NCBI GenBank assembly: GCA_965198175.1
Contig: OZ240245.1
Coordinates: forward strand, 384,001 to 448,000
Length of the DNA stretch: 64,000 bases
From: Candidatus Poribacteria bacterium
GTDB lineage: Bacteria > Poribacteria > WGA-4E > PCPOR2b
Reading direction: 5' to 3'
Part shown: positions 29,748-40,205 of the stretch, one piece after another
How positions within the stretch are numbered: position 1 is the first letter of the stretch
Layout of the letters: every line of letters starts with the position of its first letter
Notes under the pieces: model-generated
What the model was told of the DNA's origin: nothing
The model's database searches: none
What the model saw: the letters and a program-made list of their open reading frames with translations, nothing else
Program-made: the position numbers and the translations under genes

Positions 29748-31085
29748 ATGAAATTCATGCGATTACAAAGAGCACAAGTCACCTGGTCTCAATTGCGTGT
29801 GGGAATTTTTACGAGTATCTGTCTGGCAATTATACTTTGGTTTTTATTTTATGGAGAGAATGGACTGAGAGCCATTCGTAATCAATTTACCGTTGAGACG
29901 ATTATTGATTCTGCATCAGGGGTCAAACCGGGGACCCCCGTCCGCTTGGCTGGAATTGAAGTTGGCGAAGCCAAGAAAGTTGAATTCATTCATCAAGAAG
30001 GGCTGCATAAAGTCCGTATCCAGATGGCACTGAGCAAAAATGCAGCCGAACACCTCAGAAGCGATTCGATTGTCCAGGTTAAGTCTGCAGGGCTAACTGA
30101 CAACAGGGTTATTGAGATTTCATTAGGCACCTCCGAAGGTGCCCTGGTTGCAGACGGTGACACATTGTCAAGCATTGCGCCGATGGAAGCAACTGTCGTC
30201 TTGAATCAGATAATGGCGCTCAGCAACAGCATGGATAGCTTCTTGAGTAGATTCGAGAGTCTTGTCAATCAGCTTCAAGTGGGTGATGGTACATTTGCAC
30301 AATTGCTGAAGGATGGGAAAATCTACCAAAGCCTGAACCAAGCAACTCAAGGTGTTTCCCATCTGATGTCAAATTTAAACGCGGGTCAAGGCATTCTTCC
30401 TCAATTACTTTCCGACGGACAACTTGCTGAGAATATTACACAGAGTGCTGCTTCGACAGCAGTTTGGGGCAAACAAGTTACCAATGGAGAAGGCACGTTG
30501 GGCAAGTTGAGCACGGATGCTGCACTCTTCAATCAGGCATTAACCCTAGCGACAAAAGGAGATCGAGTACTGGAGAACCTTGAGGCTCGCTTGGAGGCGG
30601 CGATTGCTTTGACGGAGGTGCTGGTTCAAAAAATATCCAACGGTGATGGAACGGCTGCAAAGTTTGTCAACACGCCGGAACTGTACAATCAAATTCACGC
30701 CACGGCTGAAAGGATGGAGCAGTTTATAGAGATCGCCCAGTCGGGCGAAGGAACAGTCGGGCAGTTCATGTCGGATGCGATGTTTGCCGAACAGGTTTCA
30801 GCAACTACGGCCTCCCTCGCAACGTTGACCCAAAAACTCAATACTCCCGGAAATACGTTCGACACACTTGCAACAGGATCGGATTTGGTGGATAGCCTGC
30901 TTGCAACGACGGTTCATTTGGAGTCTATCTTGACAAAAGTCAACAACGGAGAAGGTTCTCTGGGCAAATTAACTGATGATCAGCAGACCGCCGAAAGCCT
31001 TTCACAACTGATTGCCAATCTCAGGACACTCATTGCAGACATCCATGCAAATCCGAAGAAGTACGTTAAGCTCAGCCTTTTTTAG
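29748..31085 (+). CDS. mlaD: MCE/MlaD protein with long helical repeat tail
   Basis: LRVGIF TM, MCE motif GVKPGTPVRLAGIEVG, about seven GxGT(L)xxLxxD repeats, C-terminal NPKKYVKLSLF. Confidence 0.9.
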   Translation: MKFMRLQRAQVTWSQLRVGIFTSICLAIILWFLFYGENGLRAIRNQFTVETIIDSASGVKPGTPVRLAGIEVGEAKKVEFIHQEGLHKVRIQMALSKNAAEHLRSDSIVQVKSAGLTDNRVIEISLGTSEGALVADGDTLSSIAPMEATVVLNQIMALSNSMDSFLSRFESLVNQLQVGDGTFAQLLKDGKIYQSLNQATQGVSHLMSNLNAGQGILPQLLSDGQLAENITQSAASTAVWGKQVTNGEGTLGKLSTDAALFNQALTLATKGDRVLENLEARLEAAIALTEVLVQKISNGDGTAAKFVNTPELYNQIHATAERMEQFIEIAQSGEGTVGQFMSDAMFAEQVSATTASLATLTQKLNTPGNTFDTLATGSDLVDSLLATTVHLESILTKVNNGEGSLGKLTDDQQTAESLSQLIANLRTLIADIHANPKKYVKLSLF

Positions 31086-31165
31086 AATTGACAATAGAAA
31101 TGTCTCTGAACCTTTCAAATCATACTTCCAGGCTTTTTACTGTTGAGTATGGATCGGGAGGCGCA

Positions 31166-32377
31166 ATGGATCTATTTGAAAAATGTTTCCATTTTACCAG
31201 CGGTAAAAGTGTCCTTGGGAAAGGGACCAAAGAAGCACGAGAAGCAGGGCTCTATCCTTACTTCATCCCGATCCAGGAATCTAGAGATACTGAAGTCATT
31301 ATTAATGGCGAAACAAAGGTAATGATCGGCTCCAATAATTACCTCGGTTTGACGCATCACCCAAAGGTTCTTGAAGCTGCCGCTGCTGCTGCTCAGAAAT
31401 ATGGCTCTGGCTGCACGGGAAGCCGCTTTCTGAACGGAACACTCGATATACACATCGCGCTCGAAGAAGCGCTTGCCGAATTTGTGCATAAGGAAGCTGC
31501 GTTGGTGTTTAGTACCGGCTTTCTAGTGAACCTTGGTGTGATTGATGCTATTGTAAAACGCAAGGACATCGCTTTCATTGATGCCTTGAGTCACGCGAGT
31601 ATCGTTGATGCATGTTTGTTCTCTCGGGGCGAAATGGTACGGTTTTCGCACAACGACTTAGAAGATCTCAGCCGCAGGTTGGAAATAGCGACTTCCCAAG
31701 GAGGAAAGCTCATAGTTGTGGAAGGTATTTACAGTATGGAAGGCGATGTCGCTAATCTTCCCGGTATCGTGAAAGTTGCCCAAAAATACGATTGCCGGTT
31801 GATGGTTGACGATGCCCACGCAGTTGGTGTTCTTGGACCAACAGGCGCAGGAAGTGCTGAACACTTCGATGTTGAAAACGAGGTGGACCTCATTATGGGG
31901 ACGTTCAGCAAGTCTTTTGCATGCATTGGAGGCTTTATCGCCGGTGAAGCAACTGTCCTTGACTACCTGAAACACCATGGTCGTAGTTTAATCTTTAGTG
32001 CAAGCATGCCCCCATCAGCAGTTGCAACCGTCCATGCGGCGCTAGAAATCATCAAGTCCGAACCGGAACGGCGCCAGCGGCTTTGGCAGAATACCCGAAA
32101 GATGCAAGAAGGGTTCCGATCGCTGGGATATGACATCGGTCAGTCTGACTCCCCTATTGTTCCGATTCTCACCGAAAATGACACAACAGCCTTGATACTT
32201 TGGAGACGCCTACTTGATGAAGGGATTTTCACCAATCCGGTTCCAAGCGCAAGTTCTGCCGTGCCACCGGGAGGCTCCCGCCTTCGCACAAGCTATATGG
32301 CAACCCATACCGACGATCACCTCGACTTTGTACTTGACAAGTTTGCGAAACTCGGCAAAGAATTGGGTATCATATAA
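31166..32377 (+). CDS. spt: Serine palmitoyltransferase (alpha-oxoamine synthase family)
   Basis: GLYPYF, GSNNYLGL, GSRFLNGTLDIH, HASI, DDAH, PLP lysine motif GTFSKS, FSASMPP. ATG 31166 follows GGAGG. Confidence 0.8.
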   Translation: MDLFEKCFHFTSGKSVLGKGTKEAREAGLYPYFIPIQESRDTEVIINGETKVMIGSNNYLGLTHHPKVLEAAAAAAQKYGSGCTGSRFLNGTLDIHIALEEALAEFVHKEAALVFSTGFLVNLGVIDAIVKRKDIAFIDALSHASIVDACLFSRGEMVRFSHNDLEDLSRRLEIATSQGGKLIVVEGIYSMEGDVANLPGIVKVAQKYDCRLMVDDAHAVGVLGPTGAGSAEHFDVENEVDLIMGTFSKSFACIGGFIAGEATVLDYLKHHGRSLIFSASMPPSAVATVHAALEIIKSEPERRQRLWQNTRKMQEGFRSLGYDIGQSDSPIVPILTENDTTALILWRRLLDEGIFTNPVPSASSAVPPGGSRLRTSYMATHTDDHLDFVLDKFAKLGKELGII

Positions 32378-32422
32378 ATACTGAAGATTGAAAGCAATCT
32401 ATCCTAGTTATCAATATTCAAC

Positions 32423-33601
32423 ATGGAAGTTGTCGTCACTCCTGTTCAGTCGAAATCGGATCTCAAGGCATTCATTAGCTTGCCATGGCAGATATATCGT
32501 GGAGATCGAAATTGGATACCGCCGCTGCGCGGAAATCTCAAGAATCGATTAAATCTGTCTAAGCATCCGTTTTTTTATTCCGCTGATGTGGCACTTTTCA
32601 TTGCACGTTGTGATGGACACATCGTTGGCAGCATCGCCGCAATCAACAACCATAACCATGTTGATTTTCACAAGGAACCTGTGGGTTTCTTTGGATTCTT
32701 CGAGTGTGTCCGGGACCAGGAAGTGGCGGAAGCCTTATTTTCTCACGCTGCTGATTGGTTGAAAGCCCGCAACTTGGAAATAATGCGTGGACCCATGAGT
32801 TACTCAACGAATGAAGAGTGTGGTTTGCTTATTGATGGATTCGATCGCCCGCCTGTCATCATGATGCCGTATAACCCGCTCTATTATGTTAATCTCATTG
32901 AGGGGTTCGGCTTCAAGAAAGCAAAAGATCTGCTCGCATACGAAATCACCGATGAAGTAGCCTTGTCTGAACGCCTGAAACATACCGTTAAATATATCGA
33001 AAGGCGAAGAAATATTACAACGCGTCGTCTCAACATAAAACAGATTGATCAGGAGGTTCAGCGCGTGAAAGAAATCTATAACTCTGCATGGGAGAGAAAC
33101 TGGGGATTCGTCCCAATGACAGATAAAGAAATCGATTACATGGCGGCGGAACTCAAACCGATTATAGATCCTGATATTGTGCGATTCGCCGAAATTGAAG
33201 GAGAGGCAGTTGCCTTTGTCCTTTCCTTACCCGACTTCTATCAGGTGCTGAAGTATGCCAATGGACGACTATTTCCGTTTGGGTTGCTCAAAATACTCTG
33301 GCATAGCGGCAAAATCTGGCCTGCCCGTGGTAAAATCGACAATATCCGCATACTGACGTTGGGTATCAAAGAAGAATATCGGCGGCAAGGGATTGATGCG
33401 CTGCTTTACTACTATTCCTATACTGAGGGTAAGAAAAAAGGTTATCGACGGGCTGAATTGTCGTGGATTTTGGAGGATAACACCCTCATGAATCGGGCGC
33501 TGGAAAACATGGGGGCGAAAGTCTATAAACGCTATCGGATTTATGACTATCCGCTGGAATCCCCAGGAATCTCTGTGGACAATTCCACAAATGGCAACTG
33601 A
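32423..33601 (+). CDS. GNAT-fold acyltransferase, bacterial ceramide synthase (bCerS)-like
   Basis: FISLPWQIY...WIPPL...HPFF...GFFGFFE...MPYNP...NWGFVP...GRLFPFG...ELSWILEDN. Directly after spt. Confidence 0.75.
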   Translation: MEVVVTPVQSKSDLKAFISLPWQIYRGDRNWIPPLRGNLKNRLNLSKHPFFYSADVALFIARCDGHIVGSIAAINNHNHVDFHKEPVGFFGFFECVRDQEVAEALFSHAADWLKARNLEIMRGPMSYSTNEECGLLIDGFDRPPVIMMPYNPLYYVNLIEGFGFKKAKDLLAYEITDEVALSERLKHTVKYIERRRNITTRRLNIKQIDQEVQRVKEIYNSAWERNWGFVPMTDKEIDYMAAELKPIIDPDIVRFAEIEGEAVAFVLSLPDFYQVLKYANGRLFPFGLLKILWHSGKIWPARGKIDNIRILTLGIKEEYRRQGIDALLYYYSYTEGKKKGYRRAELSWILEDNTLMNRALENMGAKVYKRYRIYDYPLESPGISVDNSTNGN

Positions 33602-33859
33602 AACAAATCATGTCAGCAGGGTCTAGATGGGGCTTCTTAGGTTAGAGTAACCCGTTGAGCGCATTCAACAAACTGGATCTCACCTCTCCGTGTTTGTGGT
33701 GGCTTACTACAGGCTCATTAACCAACTAGGCAAACCATTCGGCGTCTCGCGGTTTGTGCCAAGTATTTATTACGTTGCGTCAGATGGTTCCCACCACTCG
33801 GAAAGCTGAGCGAAAATCCTAGCGTATCGGCAGCCATCAGACAAAGGTCTGATTCGTTG

Positions 33860-36800
33860 TCACAAAATTTTAACAACGACGACCGTCATATCATCAGCGA
33901 GCTCTTTAGGTGCGGTAAATGTCCGGACATCACTCAGGATGGCATCCACCCACTCCTGCGAGAGTTTCCGCTGGACAACGAGCGTTTTTAGCAAATTCCA
34001 CATCCGAATTCTCTCGTATTCATCCTCGCTAGCGTTTCTGGCTTCTGTCAGCCCATCGCTGAAAAGCAGTAGCACATCACCCTTTTGCAACTGTATGGGT
34101 GTCCCGATATGCTCTGCGCGAAATGAACACCCGAGCGGCACGGTGCTTCTGATTTGCAACTCCAGGGGTTTGCCTTTCCTCAACAAAATCGGTTCGGGAA
34201 GCCCTGCGTTGAAATATGTCAATTTATAATCCCGAAGATTGATTTGGGCGAACGATGTCGCGACAAATGCTCTTTTGGGGAGGATTTCTTGAAGCGATTG
34301 GTGCATCTTCGCCAGTATATCGGACGGCGAACTTCCCCTGCGGCTTTCTAATTGCAGCATGCCGCTGGCGAGAAATGCCTTCGTTGCTGCTGCCATGCCG
34401 TGTCCTGTTACATCCATTAACACGATACCAAGATGCGTTTTGTCCTCGTCTAGCCAGAGGTATGTGAAGTAATCTCCACCAACTTCTGTTGCAGGTTCAC
34501 AGACTGCAGCAATTTCAAAACCCTCAATATGAGGTGCTGTTTCGGGCAAAAGAGACAGTTGCATTTCCCGTGCTGCCTTGATTTCCTCAACTGCGATACG
34601 TTGATAGACGACAACCTGCCTGCGACGTTTGAATAAGAGTATCGTCTGCATCACGAGTATACCGAGCAGAATCGCACTGCCGCCCACCGTTGGTACGAGA
34701 AAAAGAGCTGTCTTGTGGAATGGCGTCAGAACCGTGAAATTCAGAGTTGTAGGGATCGAATAGTTCAGATCGCGGTCGACCGCTTGAACCTCAAATGCAT
34801 AGTCGCCTGGCAAAAGGTTAAAATATTGGATTTCTTCTGTATTTATTGGGGGTTGCCAATCAACTTCTCTCCCGATTAGCCGGTGATAATAGCGCATCCC
34901 TGCCGGTCGGGTATTGAAGCTGATGGCGTTGAAACCGAAAACCACACGTTTGACTCCGGCGGGTAACGCGAGAAAATCAGTCGGGGCTTCGTAGACTTGG
35001 TCGTCGGCAGTAACTTTCGTTATGGTCAGCGGCAATTGAACTTTCTTCGGTCGGCTAAACCGGATTGCCCCACCGCCGAGCGTTCCGATCCAAACCGCCC
35101 CACTGCTGTCCATATACACAGATGTCACGTTGTCATTCGGTAGACCATCCCGCGAATCGATGGTTTGAAATGTTCTGCCGTCAAAGCGACTTACCCCACC
35201 GTCAAGTGTTCCAAACCACATCACGCCCCCCATATCTTGAAGAATTGCGCCGATATAGTGACTTCCAAGCCCGTCCGCAATGGTATAGGATGTCCAATTG
35301 TTCCCATCAAATCGGCTTACACCGCCGCCGTGCGTTCCGAACCACATGTCCCCTTTTCGGTCTTGGAAAATGGATAAAACCGTGTTATTTGCTAGTCCGT
35401 CCGCTGTAGTGTAAGTGATCCAATTTTCGCCATCAAATCGGCCTACGCCGTCCCCAGGTCCGATTTGTCCTCCTGTACCAAACCATATTGCCCCTTGTCG
35501 ATCTTGAAAAATTGATGAAACAGTGTTTTTGGGCAACCCATCTGCCTCTGTGATTGTTGTCCAATTCTTCCCATCGAACCGAATAACACCTGTGCCGGGT
35601 TGCATTTGACTTCCGGTCGCAAACCATATGTGACCATCCGTGTCTTCAAGGATTGCGCTTACACTGTCCACCATAAACCCATTTCGTCGCGTATAGTGTG
35701 TCCAGTGCTTTCCATCGAAGCGGCTGACACCTCCCCGCCGCTTCCCAACCCACACCGAACCTTCTTTGTCATGGAGAATCGCGCTCATAGGACCGAATTT
35801 CAAATCCTCCTCTCTGGTATAGGTTTGCCAATTTTCGCCATCAAATCGACTGATGCCGCCGAACGTCCCGAACCACATTGCACCGCTTTCATCTTGTCGG
35901 ATGGCATGTACTTTGTCGCTCGGCAAACCGTCCTTTTGCGTGTAGACAGTCCAGCTTCTCGTATCTAACCGACTGACACCGCCACCGAGCGTGCCAAACC
36001 ATATGGCTCCCTCTCTGTCTTGCATGAGTGCAAACACAGAGTTGCTAGCTAACCCATCTTCGGTTGTGTATGTTTCCCACTTTTCACCGTCGTACCGAGA
36101 AACGCCACCGGTTTCGGTTCCGAACCACAACGCTCCCGTGTCGTCCTCCATCATAGTATGGACGACATTACCAGCCAATCCATCGTTGCTGGTAATCGCG
36201 GTCCATTTTTCACCGTCAAATCGCTTAACGCCCCCACCGATGGTCCCGACCCAAATAGCGCCAGATTGGGTTTCAAGGAGCGCGGTTATGCGGTGGATTT
36301 CGCCATCTTGTTTCTCTTGAGAGGATAGAGTATAAGGGCCAGTTCGAGAAATTCTAGTCCAGTTCTCCCCATCAAAACGATTGAGTCCATGAATCGTTCC
36401 GACCCAGATGTTACCTTCTTTGTCTTGAAGAAGGGCTGTTACCCAACGATACCGATTGGCTCGGTCAACGGTGCGCCACTCTCGCCCGGCATATCGAAGA
36501 AGTCCACGTCGTGTTCCTACCCAGATAACACCTTCTCGATCAATAAGAAGAGCCGTCACTTCTCCAGATTTTCTATTCAAGACATCCTCGAAGGTAACAC
36601 AGCGCCACTGTTTCCCGTCATAACGACTAAGTCCACGATTCGTAGCGGCCCAGATAGCGCCAGTTCGATCTTGCAGAAGCGTGTGAACCGTGGCGCCGGC
36701 AAGCCCATCCTTTTCTGTGTAGCCGATCCAATTTCTCCCATCAAACCGACTCATGCCATCTTGTGTTCCAAACCAGATCGCGCCGTCAGTGGTTTGTAGG

Positions 36801-37006
36801 GCGGAAAACACGGCGTTGTTCGCCAGTCCATCGATATGTCGGTAGGTTCTCCATATACCTACGGTTCGATTTTCCCGTGTGGTGTTCTGTTGCCCTTTCG
36901 CGTCTTGAGACAAGACGCTAAGCATGAGGATGGTCAACACACCGATAGGGGTGCCGTACTGCGCGATTTGATATCTCCAATGGAATTTAACGGATATTGG
37001 TTTCAT
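33860..37006 (-). CDS. Membrane sensor: Reg_prop beta-propellers, Y_Y_Y domain, TM, PP2C/SpoIIE phosphatase
   Basis: Many DGL.xN.V...D..G..WFGT..GVSRFDG repeats; NLLPGDYAFEVQAVD; PP2C motifs GGDY, DVTGHG, FSDGLTE, DDMT. Confidence 0.9.
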   Translation of the reverse strand: MKPISVKFHWRYQIAQYGTPIGVLTILMLSVLSQDAKGQQNTTRENRTVGIWRTYRHIDGLANNAVFSALQTTDGAIWFGTQDGMSRFDGRNWIGYTEKDGLAGATVHTLLQDRTGAIWAATNRGLSRYDGKQWRCVTFEDVLNRKSGEVTALLIDREGVIWVGTRRGLLRYAGREWRTVDRANRYRWVTALLQDKEGNIWVGTIHGLNRFDGENWTRISRTGPYTLSSQEKQDGEIHRITALLETQSGAIWVGTIGGGVKRFDGEKWTAITSNDGLAGNVVHTMMEDDTGALWFGTETGGVSRYDGEKWETYTTEDGLASNSVFALMQDREGAIWFGTLGGGVSRLDTRSWTVYTQKDGLPSDKVHAIRQDESGAMWFGTFGGISRFDGENWQTYTREEDLKFGPMSAILHDKEGSVWVGKRRGGVSRFDGKHWTHYTRRNGFMVDSVSAILEDTDGHIWFATGSQMQPGTGVIRFDGKNWTTITEADGLPKNTVSSIFQDRQGAIWFGTGGQIGPGDGVGRFDGENWITYTTADGLANNTVLSIFQDRKGDMWFGTHGGGVSRFDGNNWTSYTIADGLGSHYIGAILQDMGGVMWFGTLDGGVSRFDGRTFQTIDSRDGLPNDNVTSVYMDSSGAVWIGTLGGGAIRFSRPKKVQLPLTITKVTADDQVYEAPTDFLALPAGVKRVVFGFNAISFNTRPAGMRYYHRLIGREVDWQPPINTEEIQYFNLLPGDYAFEVQAVDRDLNYSIPTTLNFTVLTPFHKTALFLVPTVGGSAILLGILVMQTILLFKRRRQVVVYQRIAVEEIKAAREMQLSLLPETAPHIEGFEIAAVCEPATEVGGDYFTYLWLDEDKTHLGIVLMDVTGHGMAAATKAFLASGMLQLESRRGSSPSDILAKMHQSLQEILPKRAFVATSFAQINLRDYKLTYFNAGLPEPILLRKGKPLELQIRSTVPLGCSFRAEHIGTPIQLQKGDVLLLFSDGLTEARNASEDEYERIRMWNLLKTLVVQRKLSQEWVDAILSDVRTFTAPKELADDMTVVVVKIL

Positions 37007-37245
37007 GTACTCCTACAGTGTGAGCGTCTTAGGGATTGACTACGGGCAAGTCCGAACCCCATTTCACACTTAGACCCGATGGACGTCTGATCGGGAGGAA
37101 ATCGGCGGAGATGGAAAGATCTCAACACATTTTTCGATGGTCATAGCTGTTAAGAATGTTCTATAATAATGTAGTTGGCTCGGTATTTCAAGAGAAATTT
37201 ATTCAAAACTGTCCAAAGTATTGGTTAAGAGCAGGGAGTTCAACA

Positions 37246-40047
37246 ATGAATTGGAATGAAGTATTATTGATCGCAATCGTGGCGATTGCGGTTGGCGCGC
37301 TTGCCGCTTCAAACCTGTGGGCCTCGCTTGCAATTAGCGGCTCAGACAGCGAGGTGGCAAAGACCACAATAACCGTCGATAATTCCGGCAAGACTGTCTT
37401 TGTTATGTGGACGACCAGGGACTGCTTTCCGCCTCAGCAGCAATGGGGCCTGCACCTGCGTTTCAATTCGTCCTCCGATGGTGGAACCAATTGGAAGGGT
37501 CCTCCAGTAGACTTCACACACAATTCCCCCGTTGATTCCAGCGATGTCCTGCCTCAACCGGCTTTCGATGCCCAGAAGAAGCTTCATCTGCTTTGGTCTC
37601 GCGGCAACGATAAAATGTCGCCCTACTACGCCTCTTCACTTGACTTGGGGCTTTCTTGGAGCGATCCGAAGACAATTGGCTTGGAGGGATACGGATGGGT
37701 ACAACTAAATGGTCTTGGTCTGTCGGTAAGCGAGGACGGGAGGAATCTCTGGGCATTCCATAACGACGCCGACTGGACTGCAAACGATTGCGGCTCTAGC
37801 GACGGGGGGTTGACCTGGAGGCAACTCGGAAGGCACATAGCCACAGGCAGCGACATTGACGGCGGTAACCCGATCCAAAGCTATTGCTCTGATGCTATTA
37901 TCGTGGGTGATTACCGGTACGTTTTGCGAAAGCGAAACAATCACCTAAACGTTGTGACCTTCGATGGCAAAAAATGGTCGTCCTCGACTCCCACACCGGT
38001 CAAGAGCCCTCTGTCTCTGGCAGACAATCACACCATAGTCGCGGACAGCGAAGGCGCAATCTATATTGTCTTTAGTGACGCAGGCGAGATTTATTGCATG
38101 CGTTCTGCGGATAGCAGCGTTACTTGGGAAGATAAAGTGCGTGTGGACGATGATTCCAGAGGCCAACACCTTCTGCCGGTGATTGGGATAATGGCAGATG
38201 GGACCTTGGCCGTTGCCTGGCAGGACGGCCGCGAAGCTGTCTCTGCGATTCGCTATGCGACATCGAAAGATGCCGGCAAAACCTGGGGCGCCAGTGAGGT
38301 CCTCTCGCCTACGGCAAAGAACCAGACGGCTCCGGACATGTATATAGTCAACGAAACCTTGTACTTCAGCTACACTGATGACGGCAGGGCCTTTTTCGCA
38401 CGGATTCCGGCCGTACCACCTCTTGATACCTCGAACCTCTTTCCGAATTCCGGATTTGATGTCTTTGGTACGGAATTTGACGGAAGGCTCCCGGCTGGCT
38501 GGAGTTTTGATTCCTGGAACCAGGAATTCATGAAAGAAAAGTTCGGCAAAGTTTCTCCTGGGCGGAATGGAGAAGGGTTCTGTTTAGAGCTGCAGCAGGG
38601 ATCGCCAGCGGGGCCCCTTACAATCCGCAGCCAGCCAGTGCCCGTGACAGCTGATACTGCATATGTTTTCAAGGGGTACTATGCCTCAGTGTGCCAGGGA
38701 AAGATGTTGGTTGTGGGACGGTGGCTCGACACAGCTGGAAAGACAGTCGGGAGTTTTGAGGTAAAACTCCCTGATACGCAGGATGACTGGATTGCGTTTT
38801 TCGACGAGGTCTATAGCCCGGTTAACGCAGCACAGTTGCAGATAGTGATTACAAAAGAGTGGTGGGACGGTTCTGTGCGATTCGACGACTTTTCCCTGCG
38901 CAGAGGTGTTCTACGGGACTATGCATCGGAATTTTCCCTGCCACCACTGAGACCTGCCGAATTGCGTTTTCCTATCTACGGTCTTTTGACCAGCGGCCCG
39001 GGCCTCGACGGAGAATGGGAGGCTGAATGCGCCATGGCCAACTTCAGCGTCGGTTCATGGCAATCAAAATATGGGTTGCGAAGGCGTATTTCTGCGGTCT
39101 GGGCTTCCACTTGGCATGACTCCGAACTGGTCACAGCCAATGAAGATTCTGAGGTTTATGATATCCCCGGCCACGATGAACCGGGAAAGTGGCAGTATAT
39201 AGACCTCGCAGAGAAAAGCCGTCGATTCAGGCGACTTGCGCCTTCCAAACCTTTTGTAGTGAATCTGCTTCCATGCTATGGGCCATATTCCCCCTATCCG
39301 GTCTACCGAGACTACGTCCGATCGTTTATTGAAACCGTCGAGCCGTCTCTGTTTACTTATGACAACTATGCGCTGGGAGGCGAATTTCCAGCCTACGGCG
39401 GGCATTTCTTCGCCAATTTTGAAATCGTGCGCCAAGAAGCCCTGAGAGCAAATGTCTACTTTGGCTTTATCGGTTCAGTGGTTGCGTTTCATAGCATTCG
39501 CAGCCCGAGTGAGGCGGAGCTTCGCTGGCAGGCTTATAGCGCTTTGGCTTATGGCGCCCGAGCCTTGGGTTGGTTCACCTACAATACGGAGGTCGAGTAT
39601 GGCGGTCATAATTGGCGAGATGCCGTTATAGAAAGGGACGGAAGCCGATCCCGGCACTATTCTATGCTGCGCCGGGTGAACGGGGAGATACTCAATCTGG
39701 GCGACTCCTTGCTGCGGTTGAAATCCACGGGCGTCTTTCATACCAAGCCCTTGCCGGAACTGACTCGAGATGCGTCAAAATCCAAGCTAATAAGTTCAAT
39801 TAGCGCGGGACAGTGGGTTGTAGGCGAGTTCGTGGATGGTTCAGGTCAGAGCTATTTCATGTTGGTCAACCGCGACTTCACGAAGGAGCAGAAAGCGGTC
39901 ATTACATTCAACGGCAAGCCCAAAGGTCTGTTCGAAATTAATAAGACCGATGGCGCACAGACGCCGGTCAAGGGCTTTAGCACGCCAACCCGATCAGTAA
40001 CTTTGACGGTATCTGCCGGGGATGGGAGCCTGTTTCTCCTTAAGTAG
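37246..40047 (+). CDS. Secreted multidomain carbohydrate-active protein (Asp-box propeller, CBM-like domain, GH-like barrel)
   Basis: Signal peptide; Asp-boxes SSDGGTNW, SLDLGLSW, SSDGGLTW, SADSSVTW, SKDAGKTW; NLFPNSGF CBM4/9-like start; DEP and ELRWQAYSALAYGA.ALGWFTY barrel-type motifs. Confidence 0.7.
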   Translation: MNWNEVLLIAIVAIAVGALAASNLWASLAISGSDSEVAKTTITVDNSGKTVFVMWTTRDCFPPQQQWGLHLRFNSSSDGGTNWKGPPVDFTHNSPVDSSDVLPQPAFDAQKKLHLLWSRGNDKMSPYYASSLDLGLSWSDPKTIGLEGYGWVQLNGLGLSVSEDGRNLWAFHNDADWTANDCGSSDGGLTWRQLGRHIATGSDIDGGNPIQSYCSDAIIVGDYRYVLRKRNNHLNVVTFDGKKWSSSTPTPVKSPLSLADNHTIVADSEGAIYIVFSDAGEIYCMRSADSSVTWEDKVRVDDDSRGQHLLPVIGIMADGTLAVAWQDGREAVSAIRYATSKDAGKTWGASEVLSPTAKNQTAPDMYIVNETLYFSYTDDGRAFFARIPAVPPLDTSNLFPNSGFDVFGTEFDGRLPAGWSFDSWNQEFMKEKFGKVSPGRNGEGFCLELQQGSPAGPLTIRSQPVPVTADTAYVFKGYYASVCQGKMLVVGRWLDTAGKTVGSFEVKLPDTQDDWIAFFDEVYSPVNAAQLQIVITKEWWDGSVRFDDFSLRRGVLRDYASEFSLPPLRPAELRFPIYGLLTSGPGLDGEWEAECAMANFSVGSWQSKYGLRRRISAVWASTWHDSELVTANEDSEVYDIPGHDEPGKWQYIDLAEKSRRFRRLAPSKPFVVNLLPCYGPYSPYPVYRDYVRSFIETVEPSLFTYDNYALGGEFPAYGGHFFANFEIVRQEALRANVYFGFIGSVVAFHSIRSPSEAELRWQAYSALAYGARALGWFTYNTEVEYGGHNWRDAVIERDGSRSRHYSMLRRVNGEILNLGDSLLRLKSTGVFHTKPLPELTRDASKSKLISSISAGQWVVGEFVDGSGQSYFMLVNRDFTKEQKAVITFNGKPKGLFEINKTDGAQTPVKGFSTPTRSVTLTVSAGDGSLFLLK

Positions 40048-40205
40048 TAGCCAAAGGCTGAAATAAGGCATTGGTACGCCAACAATTGGAATCCCAAAGG
40101 AACCGTCCCGAAAGTGGGTGTTAATGATGTAGCGGATTTGTTCGCAATGCTTAAGCTTCGAAACCTTCGAAAGAATTTGACCAATACGGATTTAAAGAAT
40201 AGTCC

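Noticed and set aside
33728..33760. c-di-GMP-I riboswitch (GGCAAACCATTCG)
   Set aside because: The following GAAA/GGGACGCAAAGC elements are absent and it lies between convergent genes
35050..36850. CRISPR-like periodic repeats
   Set aside because: Degenerate in-frame propeller-blade repeats inside a CDS
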